Shown here: positions 19,650-29,053 of the stretch, piece by piece
How positions within the stretch are numbered: position 1 is the stretch's first letter
Layout: each line of letters begins with the position of its first letter
NCBI GenBank assembly: GCA_964626665.1
Contig: CAZVGK010000016.1
Span: 1 to 64,000 of the forward strand
Reading direction: 5' to 3'
Length of the DNA stretch: 64,000 nt
From: an uncultured Gemmatimonadota bacterium
GTDB taxonomy: Bacteria > SM23-81 > DAOVCL01
The notes under the pieces: model-generated
Database searches by the model: none
What the model saw: the letters and a program-made list of their open reading frames with translations, nothing else
Told to the model about the DNA's origin: nothing
Made by a program: the position numbers and the translations under genes

Positions 19650-19762
19650 TTGAACTCATTTGAAAAAGGACGGCGAAAAATGTAGAATGAAGACCTGACC
19701 CCTTTTCCGCCCCCTTAGCGCCCCCTTAGGACCCCTTTTCCGCCCCCTTAGCGCCCCCTTAG
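19650..19762. repeat. junction repeat B copy 1 (...CGAAAAATGTAGAATGAAGACCTGACCCC) followed by a perfect 33-bp tandem duplication
   Basis: second copy at 25887-25947; 19697-19729 = 19730-19762. Confidence 0.9.
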
Positions 19763-19925
19763 TATAACATCAACAAATATAATAAAAGGAATTCCTATTC
19801 TCAATTTATGATTTTATGGACGTCCCCCATTTTACCCGTCCCCTCTTTGCCTTGTGGAAGGAGAGGAACTCTCTGCTTGGCATCGGTCTTTTAAAAGGTA
19901 TTAGGTGAATTTACCGCCCACCTTT

Positions 19926-20993
19926 CTATTTTCCGATCAGTAAAACTTCCTCTGAATGATCGTTACTCAAAACATATTTATAACTTTTTCGCTTTAATTC
20001 CTCTACATTTGATTTGTATTTCTTTAATAGATTTACCAATTCCTCAATAGAAGGGATACCATCTGATCTATAAGAAACAACCAGAATACTATCTGCGAAC
20101 TTCTTGATTAATCTTTCAAAAGCTGAATGAATTCGATTTTTATCAATCCACCGATTCCCCCCTCCTCTCAATTTTTTATGTTTTGTCTGGTAATCAATTA
20201 TCTTTTCCCATTCAGAATATCTAACCAATCCTTCTAAAAAATGATAAAAGCCAAAATAGTCAACTCCTACACCTCTTTTTGAAATATATGGAGTATCAAT
20301 ATAAACCAGATGAAAATCTCCTTCAATATCAAAAACATCCAGATTAAGCGCCGTATTTTGCAAACCATTAGAAAATATAGCTTGATTGGCTTCAGAAACA
20401 AATTTTCTAAAATGTGTCTCAAAGGGAGTATCCCATGTAGTTTTATTTCCAAAATTTCTTTCAACTTTAGAGAATCTTAAATAAAGATTCTTTCTATGAA
20501 AGAGATTAAATGGCCTTTTAATTATACAAGCCTGAAAAAGGGCATAGTAAGCAAGAGCCCTTTTATATAGATTCTCCAATTGGCCTATATTAGTAACAAC
20601 AACATCTATCCATTGATTTTCCTCATCTGCAAAATAAATATCATTGAAAGTATCAGAAACAAAAGTAGGATATTTAACTTCTTTGTGTTTAGTAACCAAA
20701 AAATCTACATCTTTAGAGGTCAGTTTTACAGAATCATTCTCTATCAAAGCAAGCGCAGTAAACCAATTGAATTTTAATATGTCATTGTAAGTAACCTGTT
20801 TCCCTTTTTGTTTAAACATATAAGCAACACACCCTGTTCCACCAAATGCATCAAGAGCAGTATGGAATTGTATATCTTTGATACCTTCCCATATCCAATC
20901 TACTATCTTTAACTTGCTCCCCTGGTACCGCGTAGAAGGAAATACAGGGATTTTTTCAATTAAGGCCATCTGTTTTGAATTAACTTTGCTCAT
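19926..20993 (-). CDS. alpha-class N6-adenine DNA methyltransferase
   Basis: RYQGSK, LDAFGGTG (motif I) N-terminal; YIDTPY (motif IV) C-terminal. Confidence 0.88.
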   Translation of the reverse strand: MSKVNSKQMALIEKIPVFPSTRYQGSKLKIVDWIWEGIKDIQFHTALDAFGGTGCVAYMFKQKGKQVTYNDILKFNWFTALALIENDSVKLTSKDVDFLVTKHKEVKYPTFVSDTFNDIYFADEENQWIDVVVTNIGQLENLYKRALAYYALFQACIIKRPFNLFHRKNLYLRFSKVERNFGNKTTWDTPFETHFRKFVSEANQAIFSNGLQNTALNLDVFDIEGDFHLVYIDTPYISKRGVGVDYFGFYHFLEGLVRYSEWEKIIDYQTKHKKLRGGGNRWIDKNRIHSAFERLIKKFADSILVVSYRSDGIPSIEELVNLLKKYKSNVEELKRKSYKYVLSNDHSEEVLLIGK

Positions 20994-20996
20994 CCT

Positions 20997-21818
20997 TCAC
21001 GCCTTTTTCAATTTCTTATATTGAAAATACTCCTCAAGGTTTTTATAAGGAGCTCCTTTTAGGTCTACGGCCCTGGCCATATCTTTTGTCAGATAATACA
21101 TCCAATAGTCATCAAATACCCCTTCCCCAAGTTTTGCAAAAGGTCCGTTCCCATTTATCAACTCATCAATCTTCACAACTGAACCTATATTCTTTGTATT
21201 ACCACTCCCTGGCCTACCCGTAGCAATTTGGTATTTCTCCTGCACAAAGAAGGTAAAATCCTTTACAACCGAGGTTATTTCTTGAAGGTCCTCAAGACGA
21301 TAAACCTTTCTTTCGTCTAAATGTTCATCTGTACGGGAATAGACTATCCCCAACACTAAGTGTCCAACATACTCCTCATAAGGGAAGGTGATATTCTTCT
21401 TGCTCTTGCGATCACGGAAATAACCTGTAAATGCCCCGAGTGTCATGCCGTTTACTCTCTTCCCGTCCTTTCGATAGGTACTTTTTATATCTAAAGCATA
21501 CTTATTGTTAGCAAGATCAATAAAGGTCATGTCGGGGTAAAAATTCTGTTCTTTGCATAACACCATTTTGTAATTATTCTCTTGGGCAAACTGTGAAATC
21601 TTTGGGAAGAGGAGAATCTCCATTATTTTTGAGACAACTTTAGTATCAACAGAAATCGTATAGATATTTCTTGCAATATCAATAAACCCTTTCACAATCC
21701 AGTCTCCCTCATCGGTTGACATAGCCGAATTGAATCGTTCAACATCCTTTAAAAGCCGACTACGAAACTCTTGCTTTAATCTCCGTTTTTCTCCTAAATT
21801 TGCCATATTTCCCCTCAA
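20997..21818 (-). CDS. EcoRV-family type II restriction endonuclease
   Basis: DTKVVSKIME, QNFYPD, LDIKSTY, TLG.FT.YFR, NITFPY..Y..H..LG..Y.R, GSGNTKNIGS match EcoRV motifs. Confidence 0.85.
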   Translation of the reverse strand: MRGNMANLGEKRRLKQEFRSRLLKDVERFNSAMSTDEGDWIVKGFIDIARNIYTISVDTKVVSKIMEILLFPKISQFAQENNYKMVLCKEQNFYPDMTFIDLANNKYALDIKSTYRKDGKRVNGMTLGAFTGYFRDRKSKKNITFPYEEYVGHLVLGIVYSRTDEHLDERKVYRLEDLQEITSVVKDFTFFVQEKYQIATGRPGSGNTKNIGSVVKIDELINGNGPFAKLGEGVFDDYWMYYLTKDMARAVDLKGAPYKNLEEYFQYKKLKKA

Positions 21819-22659
21819 TCCTATCTTTGATAAGCTGACAATAATTTGGGTCTATCTCGATCATGATACACTTTCGACCTAACCCTTGAGCAACAAAGCC
21901 AGTAGTCCCTGAACCCGCAAATGGATCAAGAATCAAATCTCCTTCATCTGAGCCCGCCAATATTGCGTATTCTAAAATAATCGGCTGCTTGGTAGCAGGA
22001 TGTCTGAATGGATTCTTTCTTGCCCAATATTCCCAAAGATTTTTCATCTGAACCCCGCCGTTCAATTTTTTCATCGCCCAGTAGTTAAACTTAGTTTTAC
22101 CATTGAAATTCTTCTTAGCCCAAAGCATCGTTTCTGTAACTGCCCTAAAACAAGATCCTCTAAAATTAGGTGGAGCATTTATCTTATGAAGGATTATATC
22201 ATTGAGGATCTTAAATCCTAGATCCTGCAGCACAACATTTACTACTCCAATACTGTGATATGTGCCCGTTATCCAGATAGTAGAACCATCTTTTAGGATC
22301 CTCTGGGCTTCTTTTAACCAAGTATGGTGAAACTCAAACTGATATTGAAGAGATTTTGAATAAGCAAACTTTGCCTTTTGAGTATCAAATGTCTCTGCGT
22401 GTCCGTCATTACGCTTAATAATCAATCCAGATTGATTCCCGAAATAAGGGGGATCGGCAAAAATCATGTCAATGCAACGATCAGGAACCCTTTTGAGAAG
22501 ATGCAACGCATTCCCTTTAAAGAGTTTAATCTTTTTTTCAGGACTATAATAAAACGGAGCAAGTTCCTTCTCTCCATATTTTGCTTGTTCCTCAGCACAA
22601 AATATTTTATCTATGCCCCTGAAAATATCAGACATCTTATACATCGTCTTATCTCTCAC
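21760..22659 (-). CDS. beta-class amino (N6A/N4C) DNA methyltransferase
   Basis: IFADPPY N-terminal; HPATK and ILDPFAGSGTT C-terminal. Confidence 0.9.
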   Translation of the reverse strand: MRDKTMYKMSDIFRGIDKIFCAEEQAKYGEKELAPFYYSPEKKIKLFKGNALHLLKRVPDRCIDMIFADPPYFGNQSGLIIKRNDGHAETFDTQKAKFAYSKSLQYQFEFHHTWLKEAQRILKDGSTIWITGTYHSIGVVNVVLQDLGFKILNDIILHKINAPPNFRGSCFRAVTETMLWAKKNFNGKTKFNYWAMKKLNGGVQMKNLWEYWARKNPFRHPATKQPIILEYAILAGSDEGDLILDPFAGSGTTGFVAQGLGRKCIMIEIDPNYCQLIKDRIEGKYGKFRRKTEIKARVS

Positions 22660-22783
22660 AGTTTTTCCCTTTTATTAAAAACAGCAAGTAATTATTCTAT
22701 CTAATGGGGCGGCAGGTAAGCAAAGTCCCGACTTGTTGGGATTTGTAACAGCATAGCCGCTTACTGCCCGATAAGCTGACTAG

Positions 22784-23113
22784 TATTCCATTTAGCCTGG
22801 TGGCTTGCATCGGTTCTCAAGCTCGGTTACACATCAGCTTCGTGGCGTAGTCAGCGCCATTTCGCTTATCGTTTCTAACATAAAAAGATATTTGTGAAGT
22901 AAAAATCTGAATAAGCGCCAAAAGACACAAACCTTTTATTGAAAGACGTTTATCTGGCAACTCAAAGGTAAATCAGCAAAAGGATCTCCGTCTGGCCTGA
23001 GCTTGCCTGGACATCTATACGTCAATCGATTTGCTTTTGAGCCGAAAAGTTAGCCACTTTTGGGAAGGGGAGACACTTCTTGCTTGACTTTAATCTTTTG
23101 AAAGATGTTAAGC
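22784..23113. repeat. 330-bp non-coding repeat C copy 1, ending in GTTAAGC (attC-core-like)
   Basis: aligns without gaps to 25951-26280; partial homologues at 19851-19906 and ~16452-16640. Confidence 0.9.
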
Positions 23114-23128
23114 AACGTGTGGCTATAT

Positions 23129-23405
23129 TTAAGACGATTTAAAATTATCTCCCTTCTCACTTCTCCTATTCAATTTCCCATACTTTTCATTTTCTTCTCG
23201 CAAGTAAAAGCTCTTTTGACCACTCCGTTCAATCCAGTCTCCAACACAAAATTTATTGAAGCGGAATTTTGACCCTTCTAAGTACTCATCAATAATGTCA
23301 GTAGCTATCCAGCGTCGTTTGAGACGTTCGCAAACCTCTCCCGTCACGTTCGAGCCAGCAAATGGGTCAACTACAAGGTCACCTTCATCAGTTAGCATTT
23401 TACGG
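23129..23405 (-). pseudogene. C-terminal fragment of a beta-class (probably N4-cytosine) DNA methyltransferase
   Basis: [28 protein letters not shown]; catalytic SPPY/DPPY half missing. Confidence 0.8.
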
Positions 23406-24281
23406 TTAGAGAATATGTGATCCATTCTTAGATGCAAGACGCCAGACATAGCCATCAAACGTGATTAAACCTCTCTTTTTCAAGCTCTGTTGAGCATTTC
23501 GAACATGATGTTTCCACGCTTTCCCGAATCTTTCACCATGGATAATTAACTCTATCGAGTCATCGCAGAGATCAGGCAATAGTCGTTGTATGTTTGGATG
23601 TAGGTGCCGGGTTGGTAGTGGCTCGTGCGATAAGACGTACAATATGGCTTCTGAGAAAAGGGAATGGGCTGACCTTGCACCAACGAGTGCTTCAGCAAAT
23701 CTGACATTCGCACTTTTCAGTTTTTCATCAAACCGCCTTTTAGCTGAAGCAGCGGCTGACCGTTGAACATTACGATATTCAGCAGATATTTCTTCAGCGA
23801 CTTGGGATAGCTCGTCGATTTGCGCTCCTGAGAGAATGTTGCCAACCCGTGCGTACGCATCCATGTCAGCTTTGATGCGTTGCACCAGAATAGGATCTCG
23901 GATTCCAACACCATACTCGTAATTTGAATTAAGGCCAGAGTAAGTAAGATTAGCGGAACCTACCACAGCTAGTGAAGTGTCAAAAATATAAACCTTTGCG
24001 TGAAAATGCGGAAGGGTTATCATTTCTAAATTTCTCATCAGGTTTTGGAATATCTTTAGTGCATCCATATCGAGAGAACCGCTCAGAACACTTCCAGCTC
24101 TCAAATCAGTTATAACACGCACAATAAGTTCTTTGCCCGATTCCTCAGAAAGCAGACGGTCGCAGACATATTCTGCCTCGGATCTCTTAATAAATGGCGT
24201 GGCAATTATAAGTTCACTTCTCGCGTGATCTAAGGCTCTCTCGAACTGAGATCTCCATGGACTTCTATATAATTCGATCAT
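23406..24281 (-). CDS. phospholipase-D-family (single HKD) nuclease with C-terminal Mrr_N-like winged helix
   Basis: HAKVYIFD...VGSANLT..GL..NYE; C-terminal [18 protein letters not shown]....VWRL. Confidence 0.8.
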   Translation of the reverse strand: MIELYRSPWRSQFERALDHARSELIIATPFIKRSEAEYVCDRLLSEESGKELIVRVITDLRAGSVLSGSLDMDALKIFQNLMRNLEMITLPHFHAKVYIFDTSLAVVGSANLTYSGLNSNYEYGVGIRDPILVQRIKADMDAYARVGNILSGAQIDELSQVAEEISAEYRNVQRSAAASAKRRFDEKLKSANVRFAEALVGARSAHSLFSEAILYVLSHEPLPTRHLHPNIQRLLPDLCDDSIELIIHGERFGKAWKHHVRNAQQSLKKRGLITFDGYVWRLASKNGSHIL

Positions 24282-24287
24282 AGTAAT

Positions 24288-25655
24288 TCAATTAGCTCGC
24301 ATTAGCACGAATGGAATTTGACTTTCTAACACTCTTCGGAACAATTTGGCTCCATTTGCAACGTTCAAAATTTCCTTCCGTCCGATAAGTATTACTTGCT
24401 TTCCATATTCATTACGGACCAGTTCAGCATACTTTTTAGCTGCTTCGCTGATTCTTCCCGTACCAATAATCACCGCCACTTGTGAGCCAAAGTGTATCAT
24501 CAGCCCCACCTCTTTGGCTACATCGTCAAGGGAGACAAATTTGGTGTTTTTGCATTGTATTTGCCATCGAGAGAATATTAGGCGTGCTCCCTCAAAGATT
24601 AAATCAACCTCTGCACCACCTGTGACTTGACCACGAAGACGAGTTGCTACATACTTTAAATCAATTAATCTCATCAGATAGAATGCAAGAGCTTCAAGAG
24701 CTAACCCCTTTACATATCTATCAGCCGACGACAACTCCTTCAATATTTCGGTGAGGGGCTTCCTCAACATAGGGCGAAGATCAGGATGTGCTTGGCTTTG
24801 AAGACATTCAATAAGGGGAGTGATAAGCTCGGATTTCATCTTATCAGTAAGCCTTACCTGGAAAGGCTTGGCGCCTCGCCCAATCTTTTTAGTTCCTCTT
24901 TCCAGATATATATAGCCAGCTTTTTCAATAGGATAGAGCACGGTTTTAGGCAGATTCTTCTCATCGAATTTCACCCCGTATGTTGTACTTGCCAGTTTCT
25001 CCACCTCATTTGACCAGTAAGGTCCGGTTTCTCCCATATTTGCCAGGGTTTTCAGGAAGGCCTTTTGCTCGATAGTAAGCATAGAAAGTTCATCTATTAT
25101 ATCTTCGGACACACCGATAATTTCTTCGAGACGACTGACATCTATTTGCCAATCAGTGGAGGTAACTACTCCTGCCTTCTCAAGCCACAGGCGCATTATG
25201 CTTGGGTGTTTCCCTCCCCGAGGAAAGTAAATGCCTCTTTCCTGAAGCCATTCGCGTAATTTTCGCAGATCTACTCTCTCGCCACGTGCCTGCATATCTT
25301 GAACCGTTTGCACAACTATTAATCCTTTGAGATTTAATAAAATATGTTGTGCAAAAACTTGATATATCTTTTCAGGTGTCCTTTTAAGAGAAAGGAGTCT
25401 CTTCCCAAAATCAGTTAAGTTACCATCGCGGTGAAGAACACCATAGGCTATCATTCCTAATTTACAGTTGTTTGCAAGCTTTCGGCGATTATATTCACTT
25501 GTTGGGTGCGAGTCAAAATACTCGTGTCGTATTGAGTTTTCAAGAGCATGCCAATCTCCACTGTGTCCTTCTGCCATTTCCAAAACACGAATAAGGTCAA
25601 TCTGGCTTGGTGAGAATTCACTTCCAAAGGGAAGATCACTTTTTACCATATTCAA
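24288..25655 (-). CDS. restriction endonuclease with C-terminal Mrr-like PD-(D/E)xK domain
   Basis: KGLALE..A..L...GGAEVDLI...WQIQCKN (QxK variant), V.KEVG. Confidence 0.75.
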   Translation of the reverse strand: MNMVKSDLPFGSEFSPSQIDLIRVLEMAEGHSGDWHALENSIRHEYFDSHPTSEYNRRKLANNCKLGMIAYGVLHRDGNLTDFGKRLLSLKRTPEKIYQVFAQHILLNLKGLIVVQTVQDMQARGERVDLRKLREWLQERGIYFPRGGKHPSIMRLWLEKAGVVTSTDWQIDVSRLEEIIGVSEDIIDELSMLTIEQKAFLKTLANMGETGPYWSNEVEKLASTTYGVKFDEKNLPKTVLYPIEKAGYIYLERGTKKIGRGAKPFQVRLTDKMKSELITPLIECLQSQAHPDLRPMLRKPLTEILKELSSADRYVKGLALEALAFYLMRLIDLKYVATRLRGQVTGGAEVDLIFEGARLIFSRWQIQCKNTKFVSLDDVAKEVGLMIHFGSQVAVIIGTGRISEAAKKYAELVRNEYGKQVILIGRKEILNVANGAKLFRRVLESQIPFVLMRAN

Positions 25656-25886
25656 ATCCCCCGATTATTATATGTTTTAACCTGTATTCTGGAAAGCCAT
25701 AAATTGCTCTATAAGTAGCTGAAATCATTAGAGAGGCCCTCTTGGTTTTTATGAACTACAATCTCCCGCAAAGTTCAAATATATCGCTATTTCAATAAGT
25801 TACAAAACCACCTTCCAGAATACGAATTACATGTTAATGCTGCAATTCGTATGGTATCCCCTCAAAAACAGAAATTGAATACGGTA

Positions 25887-25947
25887 TTGAACCCATTTGA
25901 AAAAGGGCTACGAAAAATGTAGAATGAAGACCTGACCCTTTTTTCGC
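25887..25947. repeat. junction repeat B copy 2
   Basis: TTGAACCCATTTGAAAAAGGGCTACGAAAAATGTAGAATGAAGACCTGACCC matches 19650-19710. Confidence 0.9.
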
Positions 25948-25950
25948 TCT

Positions 25951-26280
25951 TACTCCATTTAGCCTGGTGGCTTATATCGGTTCTCAAGCTCGGTTACACA
26001 TCAGCTTCATGGCATAGTCAGCGCCATTTCGCTTATCGTTTCTAACATAAAAAGATATTTGTGAAGTAAAAATCTGAATAAGCGCCAAAAGACACAAACC
26101 TTTTATTGAAAGACGTTTATCTGGCAACTCAAAGGTAAATCAGCAAAAAGATCTCCGTCTGGCCTGAGCTCATCTGGACATCTGTGCGCCAATCGATTTG
26201 CTTTTGAGGCGAAAAGTTAGCCACTTTTCGGAAGGGAAGACACCTCTTGCTTGACTTAGGCCTTTTAAAAAGTGTTAGGC
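25951..26280. repeat. 330-bp non-coding repeat C copy 2, ending in GTTAGGC
   Basis: near-identical to 22784-23113. Confidence 0.9.
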
Positions 26281-26296
26281 GAACCTCTTCGTTTCC

Positions 26297-27844
26297 TTAA
26301 TATGCTTTTATTGTAACTATGAAAGGTACTATCTTTTTAACTTGATCTTCCAAAGAGTCATTTGTCAGGCTGCTTTTTCTGTGGATGATCTCATCGCCCT
26401 CTGGTAACATTGAAACTATGTTTTTCAGATAATCCACTTTGATTGCAAAATTTACATTTTGGGGGATTATATCCAATTTTTCGTAAAAGTATTTCACATT
26501 AAGGGTGGCGATAACTACTCCCACAATTTCACCTCTACTATTGAAAAGAGGTCCGCCACTGTTACCCGGTTGAACGGGATTGCTAATTTGTAATAGACGT
26601 GGGTCATCAGATATTCCATAAAGTGAGTTGATGACTCCCTTGGATAACTTCGGCGATTTTCCTAATATTTCACCGAGTGGGTAACCTATTGTGAAAACAT
26701 CCTCCCCAACATTTGCATCAGAGGAATTCGCAAACCCGAAGGGGATGGTCAAACTGAATTGCTTGGAGAAATTCACATCCTCTACTCTCAGCAGCACTAT
26801 ATCATTATTTATGTCTTTCAAGGCAACTTTTGTTTGATAAGTTTCATTCTCGTAAGGGAAGGACACCTCAATCTTTTTTGAATCGCTAATTACGTGATAA
26901 TTGGTTACTACCAATCCACTTTGACTTAAAAGAAAACCACTCCCCGAAACAGGAAAGTGCCGACTTTCAGGTGTGACATCTGTACCATAACCCGATTCCA
27001 GATCTTTTGGATAATTTTTTATGAAGGACATTTGCAATGGAGAATTGTCTGGATTTCTAAGTGTCATTGTCAACAGTCCACCCTCACTAATTCTTGAAGT
27101 AGTGCCTTGGTTGGATTTATCTGCCATAAAGTATGTAGTAGCATAAACATTTGGATAGGCACTTGCGACAAACTCCATTTTCACGTCACCCAGCTTCCAG
27201 AGAGGTTTTTCAGTGTTCATAACAGTCGCCACAAAATCCCTTTTGTTCGATAGAGTATCCTTAAATATTCCGACAGTATAGCTATTGTCCGTTGCGGTCC
27301 AGATACCTTCTAATGGGTCAAGGCTGTGCAGATTCGAATCGAAGTATTTGACTAAATCATCTTTGGTCTTCTGGATATCCTCCCACTCAGGATATTGAAC
27401 GTATCCTTCGGAGAAACCAGTGTATTCCTTTGCAATTCCCGAAAACGCCTGTCTTATCGCGCCCACCACATCACCACGTCTACCCCACCCCATTCCATAC
27501 TCACCTTTACCAGTGAAAACATTCTTATGCATATAATAGTCGTCTAATTGAATATGGACGATAGCAGCCGGCACTGAGACAGTATAGCTGTATCTACAAA
27601 GGAGCACTTTGTTCATTTCTCTCTCCGGAAGGCTCTTTATCGTAAATTCATCTAAGACAACAAAACCTTCTTGAGAAAACAACGAAGAGAGTTCCATTTG
27701 CGTTTCATAGACGTCAAACCGCAATGGATTGATGACAACATATTTATAGGCATTTAGACTTGAACCTGGCTTAACCAAATGTTGGCTTGACACACAGCCG
27801 GCAAGGAGAACCAACAGTAAACCAATTAAAGTTAATCGTTTCAT
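26297..27844 (-). CDS. lipoprotein with C-terminal trypsin-like (HtrA-type, no PDZ) serine protease
   Basis: lipobox LLAGC; GSGF, TNYHV, DIVLL, GNSGGPL triad; GGAGG before ATG 27844. Confidence 0.88.
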   Translation of the reverse strand: MKRLTLIGLLLVLLAGCVSSQHLVKPGSSLNAYKYVVINPLRFDVYETQMELSSLFSQEGFVVLDEFTIKSLPEREMNKVLLCRYSYTVSVPAAIVHIQLDDYYMHKNVFTGKGEYGMGWGRRGDVVGAIRQAFSGIAKEYTGFSEGYVQYPEWEDIQKTKDDLVKYFDSNLHSLDPLEGIWTATDNSYTVGIFKDTLSNKRDFVATVMNTEKPLWKLGDVKMEFVASAYPNVYATTYFMADKSNQGTTSRISEGGLLTMTLRNPDNSPLQMSFIKNYPKDLESGYGTDVTPESRHFPVSGSGFLLSQSGLVVTNYHVISDSKKIEVSFPYENETYQTKVALKDINNDIVLLRVEDVNFSKQFSLTIPFGFANSSDANVGEDVFTIGYPLGEILGKSPKLSKGVINSLYGISDDPRLLQISNPVQPGNSGGPLFNSRGEIVGVVIATLNVKYFYEKLDIIPQNVNFAIKVDYLKNIVSMLPEGDEIIHRKSSLTNDSLEDQVKKIVPFIVTIKAY

Positions 27845-27921
27845 AGTATCCTCCAATTAAAGCAAAATTTCGCCCAATGGGTAGACAATCTAGTAACATT
27901 TCCTTGGATGCAAACCCTATT

Positions 27922-28046
27922 TAATGTCTGTCCGAAAATACCCCTATTCTTGTCATTCCGGTGATCTTTAAGCCGGAATCTACTTGAAATTAGCAATGGA
28001 TTCCCGCTAATGGCGTGCGGGAATGACAAATTCGGACAGACACTAT
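27922..28046. mobile_element. small MITE-like palindrome (TGTCTGTCCGAA...TTCGGACAGACA) enclosing GTCATTCC...GGAATGAC hairpins
   Basis: nested inverted repeats seen directly. Confidence 0.65.
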
Positions 28047-28129
28047 TTAGCCTGTAGAATATATATCTCCGCGAGAATGCGGCAGCGGGCTACGGGAAGT
28101 TCACCCGTTAAGGCCTGTGCAACTTAAGT

Positions 28130-29053
28130 TTAGATAGAGCTTTTAGGTAGATATTCTTGAAACCATTTGGGCAGTGCCCGCCAAAAAGGGCCAAATAAAT
28201 CCCAATGTTTTCCTATATGCTCCACATATTTTGCTAAGAGATTCCTAAAATCATTCTCAGATATAGGAAATGCAGATAGCAAGTCGGGATCTCTATTTTT
28301 GAATTTTATTACAATGTCCTCAACTCGATTAAAATAATCTCTCGCAAAATTGGGATAAAAAGGAAATCCCCACCCCCAATCGTTCTCGCCTAAAATCTCA
28401 ATTTTAACGCATTGTAGAAAATTAAATTGACACAAAGAATCAACATAACTGTCATCTACAAGTGAGAAATACCTCTCTCTTATTTGCTCATCCTCTGAAA
28501 GTTTCTTCCGTGCATCTTCAAAAAAGTTTGTTAGATTACCCGCACCCCATCCGTTTTCATACCAAGGGTAATAGAATATTGAGCGATATAATTTTTCGCC
28601 GTCACTTTTCCTGAGCAAGACAACTCGTTCATCACCTAATAATGATACAAAATCATATACATTGTCTACTACAGCAATTGAACCCACAATGAGCATTCTG
28701 ACTGTAGCTTCATATCCTGGCAACAAATGACCCAAGTGTTCTGTTTCGGACGAATAGTTAAATCCAATGTTCTTACTGTAACGTTGATGACGTTGATAGT
28801 ATGTTGATAGGTTAATGACATTTCTGAAGAAGGCTGCGACCTCTTTATATAGATTATCTCTTTTCCGCTCAATTATCAAGGCTGTTAAATCTGTGATCTT
28901 ATTTAAAGTAGGGATGAGCACTCCTGATTTAAATGCCCTGACTTCATCTTTTGAGAGTGTATTTTCAGTATACTTTTGAAGTAACCTTTCCCAATGGATT
29001 TTGATTTCTTTATTGAGGGTTCTTATCTTTTCTACAAAATCGTAACTACTCAT
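28130..29053 (-). CDS. hypothetical protein translationally coupled to the Schlafen/AlbA_2 gene
   Basis: 307-aa ORF; 4-bp ATGA overlap with 29050..29745. Confidence 0.8.
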   Translation of the reverse strand: MSSYDFVEKIRTLNKEIKIHWERLLQKYTENTLSKDEVRAFKSGVLIPTLNKITDLTALIIERKRDNLYKEVAAFFRNVINLSTYYQRHQRYSKNIGFNYSSETEHLGHLLPGYEATVRMLIVGSIAVVDNVYDFVSLLGDERVVLLRKSDGEKLYRSIFYYPWYENGWGAGNLTNFFEDARKKLSEDEQIRERYFSLVDDSYVDSLCQFNFLQCVKIEILGENDWGWGFPFYPNFARDYFNRVEDIVIKFKNRDPDLLSAFPISENDFRNLLAKYVEHIGKHWDLFGPFWRALPKWFQEYLPKSSI

